From: Squalus acanthias
Taxonomy: Eukaryota
DNA: 64,000 nucleotides
Reading direction: 5' to 3'
Assembly (NCBI GenBank): GCA_030390025.1
Contig: CM059425.1
Location: forward strand, 178,686,001 to 178,750,000
Part shown: positions 37,728 to 49,854 of the stretch, piece by piece
How the letters are laid out: each line of letters begins with the position of its first letter
Position numbering within the stretch: the first letter of the stretch is position 1
Translations under genes and position numbers: made by a program
The notes under the pieces: generated by a model
Seen by the model: only the letters and a program-made list of their open reading frames with translations
What the model was told of the DNA's origin: nothing
The model's database searches: none

Positions 37728-40700
37728 TAAGACGTGTCTAAGATTGGATGTTGGACAAGTAGCCTGAAAGTACAAAACAATCACATAGACAAGGCACTGA
37801 ATTGTTGCCAGCACCTGTGGAGCCAAGCCCCAGTATGAAGCATCACCTCCCAAGTCCAGAGGGGGAAGGTTGAAGGAGTAAAAACCAAAGCAGTACTTGT
37901 TATATAAATGCGTATGATTGGAGCACCTATAAATGATGCCTTTGTATTTACTAGCTGTTCAAGTGTGTTATGTTGAGCAGCATGTGCAGATCAAAGCATC
38001 TTATCAACAGACACTGCTCAGCTAGTAACATATGTTATTCACACATTTGCTGGTGGCTGAGGGAAAAATACGTCATTCAATTGCTTTTACGGTTGTTCAT
38101 CTTTGTTTAAAACTGTAAATGTGTAAATGTTGTTATTTCTATTGTTTACATGTGTGAACACCAAACTAGCATTGTAAATACAGAGTGCATGCAACAGAAA
38201 AACCCCTAACCTCTCACATTGTGCACAGGGTTTTTTAATGTAGGTTTTACTTTTTAAGGTCAGTCAACATAAATTAACAAATTTTCCTCCAGGAAGCAGC
38301 ATGCTGGTTTTGGCTAGCATGTACTAAAGTTAAACATTGACGTGATTTTTGGTTAATTAAAGGCCTATGTGTTATCAGAAATTCGTGCTTGCAACCAAAG
38401 TGGTGGATTTCGATTGTCAACTATGAAAGTGTGAATGCCAGTCTATTGCAATCTTTACAATAAAGATGTTTTTGGACAGTCTCGAAAGTGTGATCTTCAC
38501 CTAAAAGGGTTCATTAAAGGTCTATAGAGGCTGGATTTCAAACTGATTACAAATTAAAGCTGGGTAGGATTTCTCTTACTCATATTAAAGTGGCTATTAA
38601 GTTTAAAGAATTCAAGTAAATTATTTTTTTTAATGTTACAGGACTCTCAACTGCTTGCTTTAGTTGGAAGTTCACAAAAATGGGCCTGTGTCATTATTAC
38701 AGAATTTTTAAACAACTTACATCCTGTTAAAGGGGTACAAGCCCGAGTAAAATTGAAGTCAATGGGAATTAGGGGGAAGACTCTCTACTGACTGGAGTCA
38801 TACCTAGCACAAAGGAAGATGGTTGTGGTTGTTGAAGGACAATCATCTCAGCCCCAGGACATCGCTGCAAGAGTTCCTCAGGGCAGTGTCCTGGGCCCAA
38901 CCATCTTCAGCTGTCTCATCAATGACCTTCCCTCCATCATAAGGTCGGAAGTGGGGATGTTCGCTGATGATTGCTCAGTGTTCACATCCATTCGCAACTC
39001 CTCAGATAATGAAGCAGTTCATGCCCACATGCAACAAGACCTGGATGACATTCAGGCTTGGGCTGATAAGTGGCAAGTAACATTCGCGCCACACAAGTGC
39101 CAGGCAATGACTATCTCCAACAAGAGAGAGTTTAACCACTGCCCCTTGACATTCAACAGCATTACCATCGCTGAATCCCCCACTATCAACATCCTGGGGG
39201 GTCACCATTGACCAGAAACTTAACTGGACCAGCCACATAAATACTGTGGCAACAAGAGCAGGTCAGAGGCTAGGTATTCTGCGGCGAGTGTCTCACCTCC
39301 TGACTCCCCAAAGCCTTTCCACCATCTACATGGCACAAGTAAAGAGTATGATCATAGAAAGTTACAGCACGGAAGGAGGCCATTTCGGCCCATTGTGTCC
39401 GCGCCGGCCAACAAAGAGCTATCCAGCCTAATCCCACTTCCCAACTCTTGGTCCGTAGCCCTGCAGGTTACAGCATCCCAAGTGCACATCCAAGTACTTT
39501 TTAAATGTAGTTAGGGTTTCTGCCTCTACCACCCTTTCAGGCAGTAAGTTCCAGACCCCGACAACCCTCTGGGTGAAGAAATTTCACCTCAAATCCCCTC
39601 TAAACCTTCCACCAATTACTTTAAATCTGTGCCCCCTGGTTTTTGACCCCTCTGCTAAGGGAAATAGGTCCTTTCTATCCACTTTATCTAGGCCCCTCAT
39701 AATTTTATATACCTCAATAAGGTCTCCCCTCAGCCTCCTCTGTTCCAAGGAAAACAAACCCAGCCTATCCAGTCTTTCCTCATAGCTAAGATTCTCTACT
39801 CCCGGCAACATCCTTGTAAATCTCCTCTGTACCCTCTCTAGTGCAATCACATCTTTCCTGTAATGTGGTGACCAGAATTGTACGCAGTACTCCAGCTGAG
39901 GCCTAACTAGTGTTTTATACAGTTGAAGCATAACCCTGCTCTTGTATTCTATGCCACGGCTAATAAAGGCAAGCATTCCGTATGCCTTCTTAACCACCTT
40001 ATCTACCTGGCCTGCTACCTTCAGGGATCTATGGACATTTACTCCAAGGTCCCTTTGTTCCTCTACACTACTCAGTGTCCTACCATTTAATGTGTATTCC
40101 CTTTCCTTGTTAGCCCTCCCCAAATGCATTACCTCACACTTCTCCAGATTGAATTCCATTTGCCACTGTTCTGCCCACCTGACCAATTTATTGATATCTT
40201 CCTGCAGTCTACAGCTTCCTTCTTCAGTATCAACCACACAGCTGATTTTAGTATCATCTGCAAACTTCTTAATCATACCCCCTATATAGTCAAGTCTAGA
40301 TCATTGATATATACCACAAAAAGCAAGGGACCTAGTACTGAGCCCAGCGGAACCCCACTGGAAACAGCCTTCCAGTCACAAAAACACCCATCAACCATTA
40401 CCCTCTGCTTCCTGCCTCCGAGCCAGTTTTGAATCCAACTTGACACTTTGCCCTGGATCCCATGGGCTTTTAACTTCGTGACCAGTCTGCCATGCGGAAC
40501 CTTATCAAAAGCCTTGCTAAAGTCCATATACACTACATCAAACGCTTTACCCTCATCTACCCTCCTTGTTACCTCCTCAGAAAATTCAATCAAGTTTGTC
40601 AGACACGACCTTCCCTTAACAAATCCGTGCTGACTATCCTTGATTAATCCATGTCTTTCTAAATGAAGATTTATCCTGTCCTTCAGAATTCTTTCCAATA

Positions 40701-42357
40701 ATTTTCCCACCACCGAGGTTGGGCTGACTGGCCTGTAATTAGTCGGTCTATCCTTTTCTCCCTTTTTAAACAAGGGTACCACATTAGCAGTCCTCCAGTC
40801 CTCCGGTACCACACCTGAAGCCAGAGAGGATTGCAAAATGATGGTCAGGGCCTCTACTATTTCCTCTTTTGCTTCACTTAATAGCCTGGGATACATTTCA
40901 TCTGGGCCTGGGGATTTATCCACTTTTAAAGCTGCTAAACCCGTTAATACTTCCTCTCTCACTATGTTTATTTCATCTAATGTTTCACACTCCTCCTCCC
41001 TGATAGCAATGTCTGCTTCGCCCCTCTCCTTTGTGAAAACAGATGCAAAGTATTCATTAAGAACCCTACCGATGTCTCCCGCCTCCACACACAGATTACC
41101 CTCATGATCTCTAATAGGCCCTACCCTTTCTTTAGTTATCCTCTTACTCTTAATATATTTATAAAACATCTTTGGGTTTTCCTTGATTTTACTTGCCAAG
41201 AATTTTTCATGCTCTCTCTTTGCTTTCCTAATATCCTTTTTAATTGCACCCCTGCACTTTCTGTACTCCTATAAAGATTCTGGAGTATTTAGCCCTCGGT
41301 ATCTGTCATACGCCTCCCTTTTTTTCTTTATCCTTCCCTGTATGTCCCTAGACATCCAGGGGGCTCTAGATTTGTTAGTCCCACCTTTATTCTTTAAGGG
41401 CACATATTTGGTCTGAACCCTCCGGATCTCCTCCTTGAATGCCTCCCACTGCTCTGACACTGATTTACCTTCAAGTAGCTGTTTCCAGTCCACTATGGCT
41501 AAATCCCCTCTGAGCTTAGCAAAATTTGCTATTCTCCAATTTAGAATTTTTATTCCTGGTCTATCCTTGTCCTTTTCCATAACTACCTTAAATCTAACTG
41601 AATTATGGTCACTAGCACCAAAATGCTCCCCCACTGATACGCCTTCTACTTGCCCAGCTTCATTCCCTAAAACTAAGTCCAGAACCGCCCCCTCCCTTGT
41701 TGGGCTTGCTACATACTGGCTAAAAAAGTTCTCCTGGATGTATTTTAGGAATTCTGCTCCCTCTATACCCTTCACACTAATTTTATCCCAGTTAATATTG
41801 GGGTAGTTGAAATCCCCGATAGTTTTTGCACTTCTCAGAAATTTGTCTACATATTTGCTCTTCTATCTCCCTCTCACTGTTTGGGGCTCTGTAGTACATT
41901 CCCAGCAGTGCGATCGCCCCTTTTTTGTTTTTCAATTCGACCCATATGGCCTCATTTGATCCCTCCAACATATCATCCCTCCTCACAGCTGTAATAGTTT
42001 CTTTAATCAATACCGCGACCCCCCCTCCCTTTTTACCTCCCTCTCTATCCCGTCTGAAAATCCTGTAACCAGGAATGTTGAGCTGCCATACCTGCCTCTC
42101 TTTCAGCCACGTCTCTGTAATAGCTATAATATCATAGTTCCAAGTATCTACCTGTGCCCTCAGCTCATCTGCCTTGTTCGCTATACTCCTTGCATTGAAG
42201 TATATACCATTTAGTACAGGCAAACCTCCTTGTTAACTACTATCTAGCCCTTGATTCCTCTGTCCTTCCAATTTACTTTCTATGTTTTTGTTTTCCAATT
42301 CCAGTTTTTCATCCCTCCCTACTGACTCTATTCTTAGGTTCCCATCCCCCTGCCAAG

Positions 42358-42859
42358 CTAGTTTAAACTCTCCCCAACAGCACGAGCAAACCCTCCCGCG
42401 AGGATATTGGTCCCGTTCCCGTTGAGGTGCAACCCGTCTGGCATGTAGAGGTCCCACCTCCCCCAGAAATGGTTCCAATTCCTCAGCAATCTAAAGCCCT
42501 CCCTCCTACACCATCTCTCCAGCCACGCATTCATCTGCTCTATCTTCCTATTTCTGTACTCACTAGCACGTGGCACTGGTAGTAATCCGGAGATTACTAC
42601 CTTTTGAGGTTCTGCTTTTTAACCTCTTTCCTAGCTCCCTAAACTCTGCCTGCAGGATCTCATCCCTCTTTCTACCTATGTTGTTGGTACCGATATGGAC
42701 CGCGATCTCTGGCTGTTCACCCTCCCCCCTCAGAATGCCCTGCAGCCATTCAGTGACATCCTTGACCCTGGAACCAGGGAGGCAACATACCATTCTGGAG
42801 TCACGTCTACGGCCGCAGAAACGTCTGTCTGCTCCCCTAACTATTGAATCCCCTATCAA
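42358..42859 (-). pseudogene. CR1 ORF1 SGNH/GDSL esterase-like domain, frameshifted
   Basis: IGDSIVRG..VCCLPG..VHIGTNNIG..DGLHLN blocks, typical of esterase-bearing CR1 ORF1. Confidence 0.85.
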
Positions 42860-43636
42860 TCCCGGTTGAGGCCGTCCTCATGGGTGCGGAACTTGGCTAT
42901 CAGTTTCTGCTCGACGATTTTGCGTTGTCGTGTGTCTCAAAGGCCGCCTTGGAGAACGCTTACCCGAAGATCGGAGGCTGAATGTCCTTGACTGCTGAAG
43001 TGTTCCCCGACTGGGAGGGAACACTCCTGCCTGGCGATTGTTGCGCGGTGTCCGTTCATACGTTGTCGCAGTGTCTGCATGGTCTCGCCAATGTACCATG
43101 CTCCGGGGCATCCTTTCCTGCAACGTATGAGGTAGACAACGTTGGCCGAGTCACATGAGTATGTATCAACCGGGATCTTGGGTTCATGCCACGCTACATG
43201 TAACCCCACCTGACGTAGAGTCATCCAGACTCGAGTCCTCGTTGGCTTGTTCTCTCTACACAGATGCGGCCGGACCTGCTGTGATTTCCAGCAAAAAAAG
43301 TTTTTTGTTTTCCATACAGACCCCAGCATCTGCCACATTGTCTTTGATGTAATATTTTCCTGACTGACCTGTTTGGACACCATCCACACCTTTGATTGCC
43401 GTGATTATCTCTCTGCCGAGGTGTGATAAAGGGCAGTTGGAAAGATTAACTGTAATCATCTGGCAGTGTTCTCTGACTATATATGCTGTGTCTATATGCA
43501 TCTCTTCACTTCACCTGACGAAGGAGCAGCGCTCCGAAAGCTTGTGATTTCAAATAAAGCTGTTGGACTATAACCTGGTGTTGTGCGACTTCTCACATTT
43601 GTCCACCCCAGTCCAACACCGGCATCTCCACATTAT
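42859..43636 (+). mobile_element. Penelope-like element with inverted 5' segment (minus 42859-43165, plus 43166-43636)
   Basis: Minus part encodes GIY-YIG (SCDSANVVYLIRCRKGCPGAWYIGET). Plus part continues from NRDLGFM through the 3' UTR to the family tail ttgtccaccccagtccaacaccggcatctccacat. Confidence 0.9.
43511..43547 (+). ncRNA. Minimal type-I hammerhead ribozyme motif
   Basis: tcac-ctgacga-a-ggagc(agc)gctcc-gaaa-gc-tt-gtga. Predicted cleavage after 43543. Confidence 0.8.
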
Positions 43637-46600
43637 TAAAACTTTAAGAAAGCCATGTTTAAACACTTACCAGATACTCACCAATCAGCTCCCTCCCCTT
43701 GTGCCGACGTCACTTTTGACTTCTGACGTCACTCTTTGAAAATTCTGCCGGTGCTGAGTTGGTACCGCCGCCTCGCCGCTCCTCCCAGGTCCGCACTGCC
43801 TCTGCTGCTGCTGTGGTGGAATACTCTCCACTTGCCTGGATGAGTGCAGCTCCAACAACACTCAAGAAGCTCGACACCATCCAGGACAAAGCAGCCCGCT
43901 TGATTGGCACCCCGTCCACCGCCTTAAAAATTCACCCCCTCCATCACTGGTGCACTGTGGCTGCAGTGTGTACCATCTACAACATCCACTGCAGCAACTC
44001 GCCAAGGCTTTTTCGACAGCACCCCTCAAACCCACAACTTCTACCACCTAGAAGGACAAGTGCAGCAGGTGCATGGGAACACCATCACCTGCAAGTTCCC
44101 CTCCAAGTCACACACCATCCTGACTTGGAAATATATCGTTGTTCCTTCATCGTAGCTGGGTCAAAATCCTGGAACTCCCTCCCTAATAGCACTGTGGGAG
44201 CACCTTGACCACACGGACTGCAGTGGTTCAAGAAGGCAGCTCACCACCATCTTCTCAAGGACAAATACAGATGGGCAATAAATGCTGGCCTTGCCAGTGA
44301 CACCCACATCCCAGGAACGAATTTAAAAAAAATCTTTATGGAAAATGGGTGCAAATCTTTGGTCCATGTAGGAGCAATGATTGCCCTGTGGGAGCCCCAT
44401 GCAAAGACCCTAACGTTTTACTAGGCAGTTATACTAAATACTATCTACTTAGTCTGGTGTCAAATCCACACCGTACGATCGTGAGAAGGTGTATTTGCAA
44501 TAAGTATACTTAAAAATAGTTGACAAAATGATCAGGGATCCGACCTGAGGATCAATGCAAATTGGCCCTCAAGCCTCATCAGCATACTTGCCATGTGCTG
44601 TCATTGCTAGTCGCATCTCCACAGATAGCTCACCCGGGAGAAGGATCAATGTTGGGCTGCCTGCCTCGCCAGCAGCAGCGCTTGGGTACATCCAGGGAGG
44701 AGGATGGTTGGAGTCAGCTATGGGGAGGGGGTTGATCGCAACACCTGTTGAGTCAGGAGAGCATTCCTGCTCCTCCGGCTCCACAGGAACGTTTAAATAA
44801 AAATTCACTTACCTTTCTATGGTCGCTGAAGAATCCTGAGTGGGCCAGGCCTGACGCCTGCCCCACTCATCGGCAACAAATTTCTTAATGGGGTTCTTGA
44901 AGAGGCGTTAGGTCCCTGTTTACGCCTAAGTAAAGGGTCCCAAGAATTTAAGCGCAGAGTGGGCTGGAGATTTATTAAGACCATTATGACCGGACCTTGA
45001 CATATTTGTTCGAAAGTAAGAGTTGATAGATTTGTTTTTGTTTTCTGAATTTAATTCTGCGCCTGCACAGATTGGCTGCAGGTCATCCCATGCTAAATTG
45101 GTATGCTTTGTGCCCGAAAAATGGGTGCAACGTATACCAATTTTAATCCTATTATGTTCTTCCTTCAGTGGACTTTTCTACTTCAACCCATTGGTTGAGG
45201 GCTTGAAGGGTAGGGCAGTGGAGTCCAGATGAAAAACTGATATTGCTGAATCGCCCAGCTCTGTATTTTACAGTGTTTACTCTGCTGTTTAGGCTGCTTT
45301 GTCCTCTTATACCTTCTGTACTGTTGTTTTTACCCATCTTATTTTACAACCCAATCAGAAACAATGGAGTCATACACATCAAGATTGATAGGTAGTCCAA
45401 TGTTTAATGCCGTGCAAAGGAGCTACATCAGACTCACCTCGACTCACTTCCCCCAACCCTGGAGTGGAAGAGTTCACTGAAGGAAGGTGCATCATCTTGC
45501 TGAAAATGACCAAAGTTGTTCATAACTTTACAAGAGTAAAATGGGGTGAATGGAAGCTGAGGAAGCGGGGGGCTTGAATTAAATTCAGGAACCAAAAACA
45601 AATCTATTAAATCTTCTTAATTTCTCTCCAATAAATATTTCACGGTTCTGTCATAGTGTTCTTAATAAATCTCTAGCACAAATATCTGGAAGATACTAAT
45701 GTTACCATTACTGTAAAACAGGCCAAGCACATCATAATAAATTGTGTGGCTAATTTATGGTTAACTGGAAAGAACTGTACAATGCTCTACTGTTCCATAG
45801 CAAGTAAAAAAAAATGACAGAGTACAGTATGAACAATAGGAGATATCCCCTTCCCCAGACCAACTCTCAGATCAGCTGTTTCATTTAGAAGGGTTCCATT
45901 GCCTGCAGATTTTCCAATCTATTTGATTAGCGTTAGTACAGTGTGTTCATTTCTAAGAATTGGTTTTTGACTGTTATCGACTTTGTTTGTCTGACCTGGC
46001 TCCTTGGGTGACATTAAGCATTACATTATTGATTTTGATGTGCATGACTCCATGCTACCCTATTTCTGATTGGATTACAAATGAAGATGGATAAAACCAA
46101 CAGTATAATATGATTGAATCTATAATAAATATAATTCAATGCGGAAGAGATAATGTCATTTTGAAGGAAAACAACACATTCCCAGCCATACATTACAAGC
46201 AGACGACTCATTTGGCTTCATATCCCATTGCATGTTTTCTAAAACATCACAATGACTATGGAGTCGGGGGAGCACAACTGCTCCTCCTGGCTCCACCTGT
46301 CTTTGGTAACCCCCTCCTCTGGTAACTTCCTCCTCTCTGGCAGCTCCCTCCTCTGTAGCAGTGTTTGTGCCACTGCAACAGGTGGAAAATCAGAAGCTAT
46401 TGGGTATGAGGTAGCATAAATCATATGAAAAATATAATTTTTTATTTCTTTGATTTCTCTCATTCTGTCTCCTGTGCATATCACTTTGCCCTTTAACCAT
46501 TTCCTGATCCCCACCCTAACACTTTACAGGTCATTCTAAGTATTTTCCTGTGGGTGGTCATTGTGTGTACATGCTTTTTCTCCCTTCCCTTATTCTGTTC

Positions 46601-46668
46601 CTTCTTAAATGCTGTTCATGTTTAATTTCTTTCATTTCTGAGGAAAGGCTTTATACCTGAAACACCAA

Positions 46669-47554
46669 GGGGGAAAAATTCAGTATCGCCCCGTTTGGGG
46701 CGCAATTATCGGCCGGGCGCAAAGATTAGCGCCTGGCGCTAATTATCGCCTCCGACTGCAAACTTGGCTTTTATTGCCCCTGGAGGTGATTGGAGCGCTA
46801 AATCAGGCGCTTCACATCTGTCTTAAGGCGCAAAGGCCGAGGAGCGAGGCGCTACCTCAGAGTGCTGGCGCAGCTCATGTGATGTCAGTCAGCAATTGAA
46901 CACAGACACAATGGCGCCGGCCAGTTCTTAAAGGGGAGGGTTGATCTTGCTCTCCATCCACATCCTGCTCATTGCAGCTTTGAATCTCGGCCTGGAGAGG
47001 CCTGTACATCAAATCTGCTGGAAAGAACAATGGAGAGTACCAGGCAAAGAGCTCAGAGTGCAGCCCCCACAGTCTCTTCTAAATCGATACAAGGAAGGGC
47101 AAATCAAAATGAACCTGCAAAGTGCTGCTCAGTACCCAAAACGCCTTCACACAGCGTTGAATCTCTCCAGAGGTCTCTCTCTCAGAATGCGTGGTGCAAA
47201 AATGTCACCAACAAAAAAAGGCAGGAAGCGTTCGCCTTTAAATAGCGCTCCCCCAGTCCCTTCCTGACTGCAAAACACTCCCCTCAACATGTCGTTGCTA
47301 GCGGCAGGCGGTAAGGCAGGGGGCGCCACTCAATATCTGGTCCAGGGCGCTACCGGGGCGTTGCGCACTTGACTGACGTCACGATTTGCTGGCGCAGGAG
47401 ATCATGGCGGTAGTGTTTAGCACCGCCGCAAAATGTCTAGTTAATTTCATGAGCGGCGCAAACATCGCCGCGCCCGGGCGCTAGTTGCTTTGTGCCCCAT
47501 TAGCGCCCTCTTAAGGCACTAACGGGAGGCGCAAACCAAGTGAATTTTCCCCCC
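46669..47554. mobile_element. GC-rich MITE, PIF/Harbinger-type
   Basis: TIRs gggggaaaaattca / tgaattttcccccc with TSD CAA (46666-46668, 47555-47557). Subterminal sequence related to 36990-37727. Confidence 0.8.
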
Positions 47555-47564
47555 CAACTGTCTT

Positions 47565-48891
47565 GTGTTGTCCTTGCAAACTACCACCCCATCTCAAATC
47601 TCCCTTTCCTCTCCAAAATCCTTGAACATGTTGTCTCCTCCCACATCCGTGCCCATCTTTCCCGCAACTTCATGTTTGAATCCCTCAAATCAGGTTTCCG
47701 CCCCGCCACAGTACCGAAACGGCTCTTATCAAAGTCACAAATTATATCCTATGTGGCTGTGACAATGGTAAACTATTCCTCCTCGCCCTTTTCGACCTGT
47801 CTGCAGCCTTTGACAAGGTTGACCACACCATGCTCCTCCAACACCTCTCCACCGTCATTCAGCTGTGTGGGACTACACTCGCCTGGTTCCATTCTTATCT
47901 ATCCAGTCGTAGCCAGAGAATCACCTGCAATGGCTTCTCTTCCCACTCCCGCACCATTACCGCTGGTGTCCCCCAATGGTCTATCCTAGGCTCCCTCCTA
48001 TTTCTCATCTAAATGCTACGTCTCAGCGACATCATCCGAAAACACAGCATCAGGTTCCACATGCGTGCTGATGACACCCAGCTCTACCTCACCACCACCT
48101 CTCTCGACCCCTCCACTGTCTCTAAATTGTCAGACTGCTTGTCCAACATCCAGTACTGGATCAGCAGAAATTTCCTCCAACTGAATACTGGGAAGATCAA
48201 AGCCATTGTCTTCGGTCTCCGCCACAAACTCCGTTCCCTAGCCACCAACTCCATCCCTCTCCCTGGCAACTGTCTGAGGCTGAACCAGACTGTTTGCAAC
48301 CTTGGTGTCATATTTGACCCCGGGATAAGCTTCTGACCACATATCCGTGCCATCAATAAGACCACCTATTTTCAACTCCGTAACATCACCTGACTCTGCC
48401 CCTGCCTCAGCTCACTCACTGCCGAAACCCTCATCCATGCTGTTGTTACCTCTAGACTTGACTATTCCAACGCACTCCTGGCCGACCTCCGTAAACTTGA
48501 GGTCATTCAAAACCCTGCTGCCCGTGTCCTACCTCACACCATTCCTGCCTCAGTATCACCATCACCCCTGTGCTCCCTGACCTACATTGGCTCCTGGTTA
48601 AGCAAAGCCTCGATTTTAAAATCCCTGATTTTAATTGCTCTACCACTGGCCACCGTGCCTTCAGCTACTTTGGCCCTAAGCTCTGGAATTCCCTCGCTAA
48701 ATCTCTCCACCTCTACCTCTCTCTCCTCCTTTAAGACGCTCTTTAAAACCTACCTCTTTGACCAGGCTTTTGTTAATATCTCCTTATGTGCCTCGGTGTC
48801 AAATTTTGTTTGATAATCGCTCCTGTGATGCGCCTTGGAATGTTTTACTACATTAAAGGCGCTATATAAATACACTTTGTTGTTTTTGTTG
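47565..48891 (+). mobile_element. L2-clade LINE 3' fragment
   Basis: NYHPISNLPFLSKILE..GVPQ..ADDTQLY..NFLQLN, followed by the tail aaggcgctatataaatac..ttgttg. Confidence 0.9.
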
Positions 48892-48894
48892 TCT

Positions 48895-48982
48895 CGACAG
48901 AGGCTGCCTGACCTGCTGAGTACCTCCAGTGTTTTCTGTTTTTGTTTCAGATTTCCAACATCTGCAATATTTTGCTTTTTGT
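48895..48982 (+). repeat. Short interspersed repeat related to a PLE 3' UTR
   Basis: cagaggctgcctgacctgctgagtacctccagtgttttctg..cagatttccaacatctgc resembles 43261-43333 inside the PLE and a decayed copy at ~5205-5375. Confidence 0.55.
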
Positions 48983-49724
48983 TCACATCAGAAACATTGG
49001 CGGTGAACTCCCTCAGCGCTTCTCCCACTCTCCTGCTGTAACTTCAGGAAAGTGTGGTGGAAATCCTGTTTTTGGACAAAAATGATGTTTCCGCCACACT
49101 TCTGGTGAAGTTCCGGTGCCTGAGCAGGAGAAGCTCCGAGGAAATTCACCCCTGTGTTGTGCTACTTGTGTGCAACATCAAAATGGCACGTGCCTCTTCT
49201 ATTCTCCCTCCCAAAGGAAGAGAAGTGTATCAAATGCTTATTCAAAAATCTTTAACTTCCTACAGATACAGAGGCCATTATTATGTTACGTTTGAAAAAC
49301 ACACACAATCTGGTAAATTATATTGAAGCATTATTGATGGTCTCTGTATATCAACAGTAGGTATTTGGTCAGATAAAATCACGATGGCTTGTAAACTGAA
49401 CCCAGCCTGAGCAACTGTATAAACAGATTCTTGTTATGGTTGAAGTGTAGCTAATAAGTAGAAACTTGTCAGTGATACAAGTCCACCCTGTGTTATTAAT
49501 CATGCTTAACAAAGGATAGGGATTGTTATGGTTCTGGCTTCAAATCTGCGGAATGTTTTACATTACATGCCCATTTCCCAGGTTTTATTCATTATCTAAG
49601 GTTTCGGATTCACTCAGGCACTGCCTGTAACAGACTCTTCACGCTCAATCAAGTCACACATGTCAGTCACATTCTCATTATCTTCTGGACCGTTAGCAAC
49701 TAGAATTAAAAATAAAATCCAAGT

Positions 49725-49830
49725 TTCCCACATTACAATAGTGACTACACTCCAAAAGTACTTCATTGGCTGTAAAGCGCTTTGAGACGTCCGGTGGTCG
49801 TGAAAGGCGCTATATAAATGTAAGTCTTTT
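49725..49830 (+). mobile_element. Deu-domain SINE 3' tail fragment
   Basis: Near-identical to 10268-10347 and ending tgaaaggcgctatataaatgtaagtctttt. Confidence 0.7.
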
Positions 49831-49854
49831 TCTGGTAAATTTGTTACCAGTTGC

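Larger units (their letters stand above)
39350..43812 (-). mobile_element. CR1-clade LINE, both termini present, ORF1 partly deleted, interrupted by a PLE
   Basis: ORF2 pieces: APE endonuclease (YFNARSI..IIAITETWL, 41792-42223) and RT (NYRPVS, QHGF, YMDFSKAFDKV, GVPLGSVLGP, FADD; 39584-41199). Probable 5' UTR at 43637-43812. Confidence 0.95.
38750..44332 (+). mobile_element. Second CR1-like LINE family 3' fragment (38750-39349 and ~43813-44332), split by a nested CR1
   Basis: [30 protein letters not shown], ending ..STIYMAQVKSM | resuming VEYSPLAWMSAA..LDTIQ after the insertion. 3' end gggcaataaatgctggccttgcc..aaaaaaaa; a short copy of this end lies at ~31225-31292. Confidence 0.85.
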
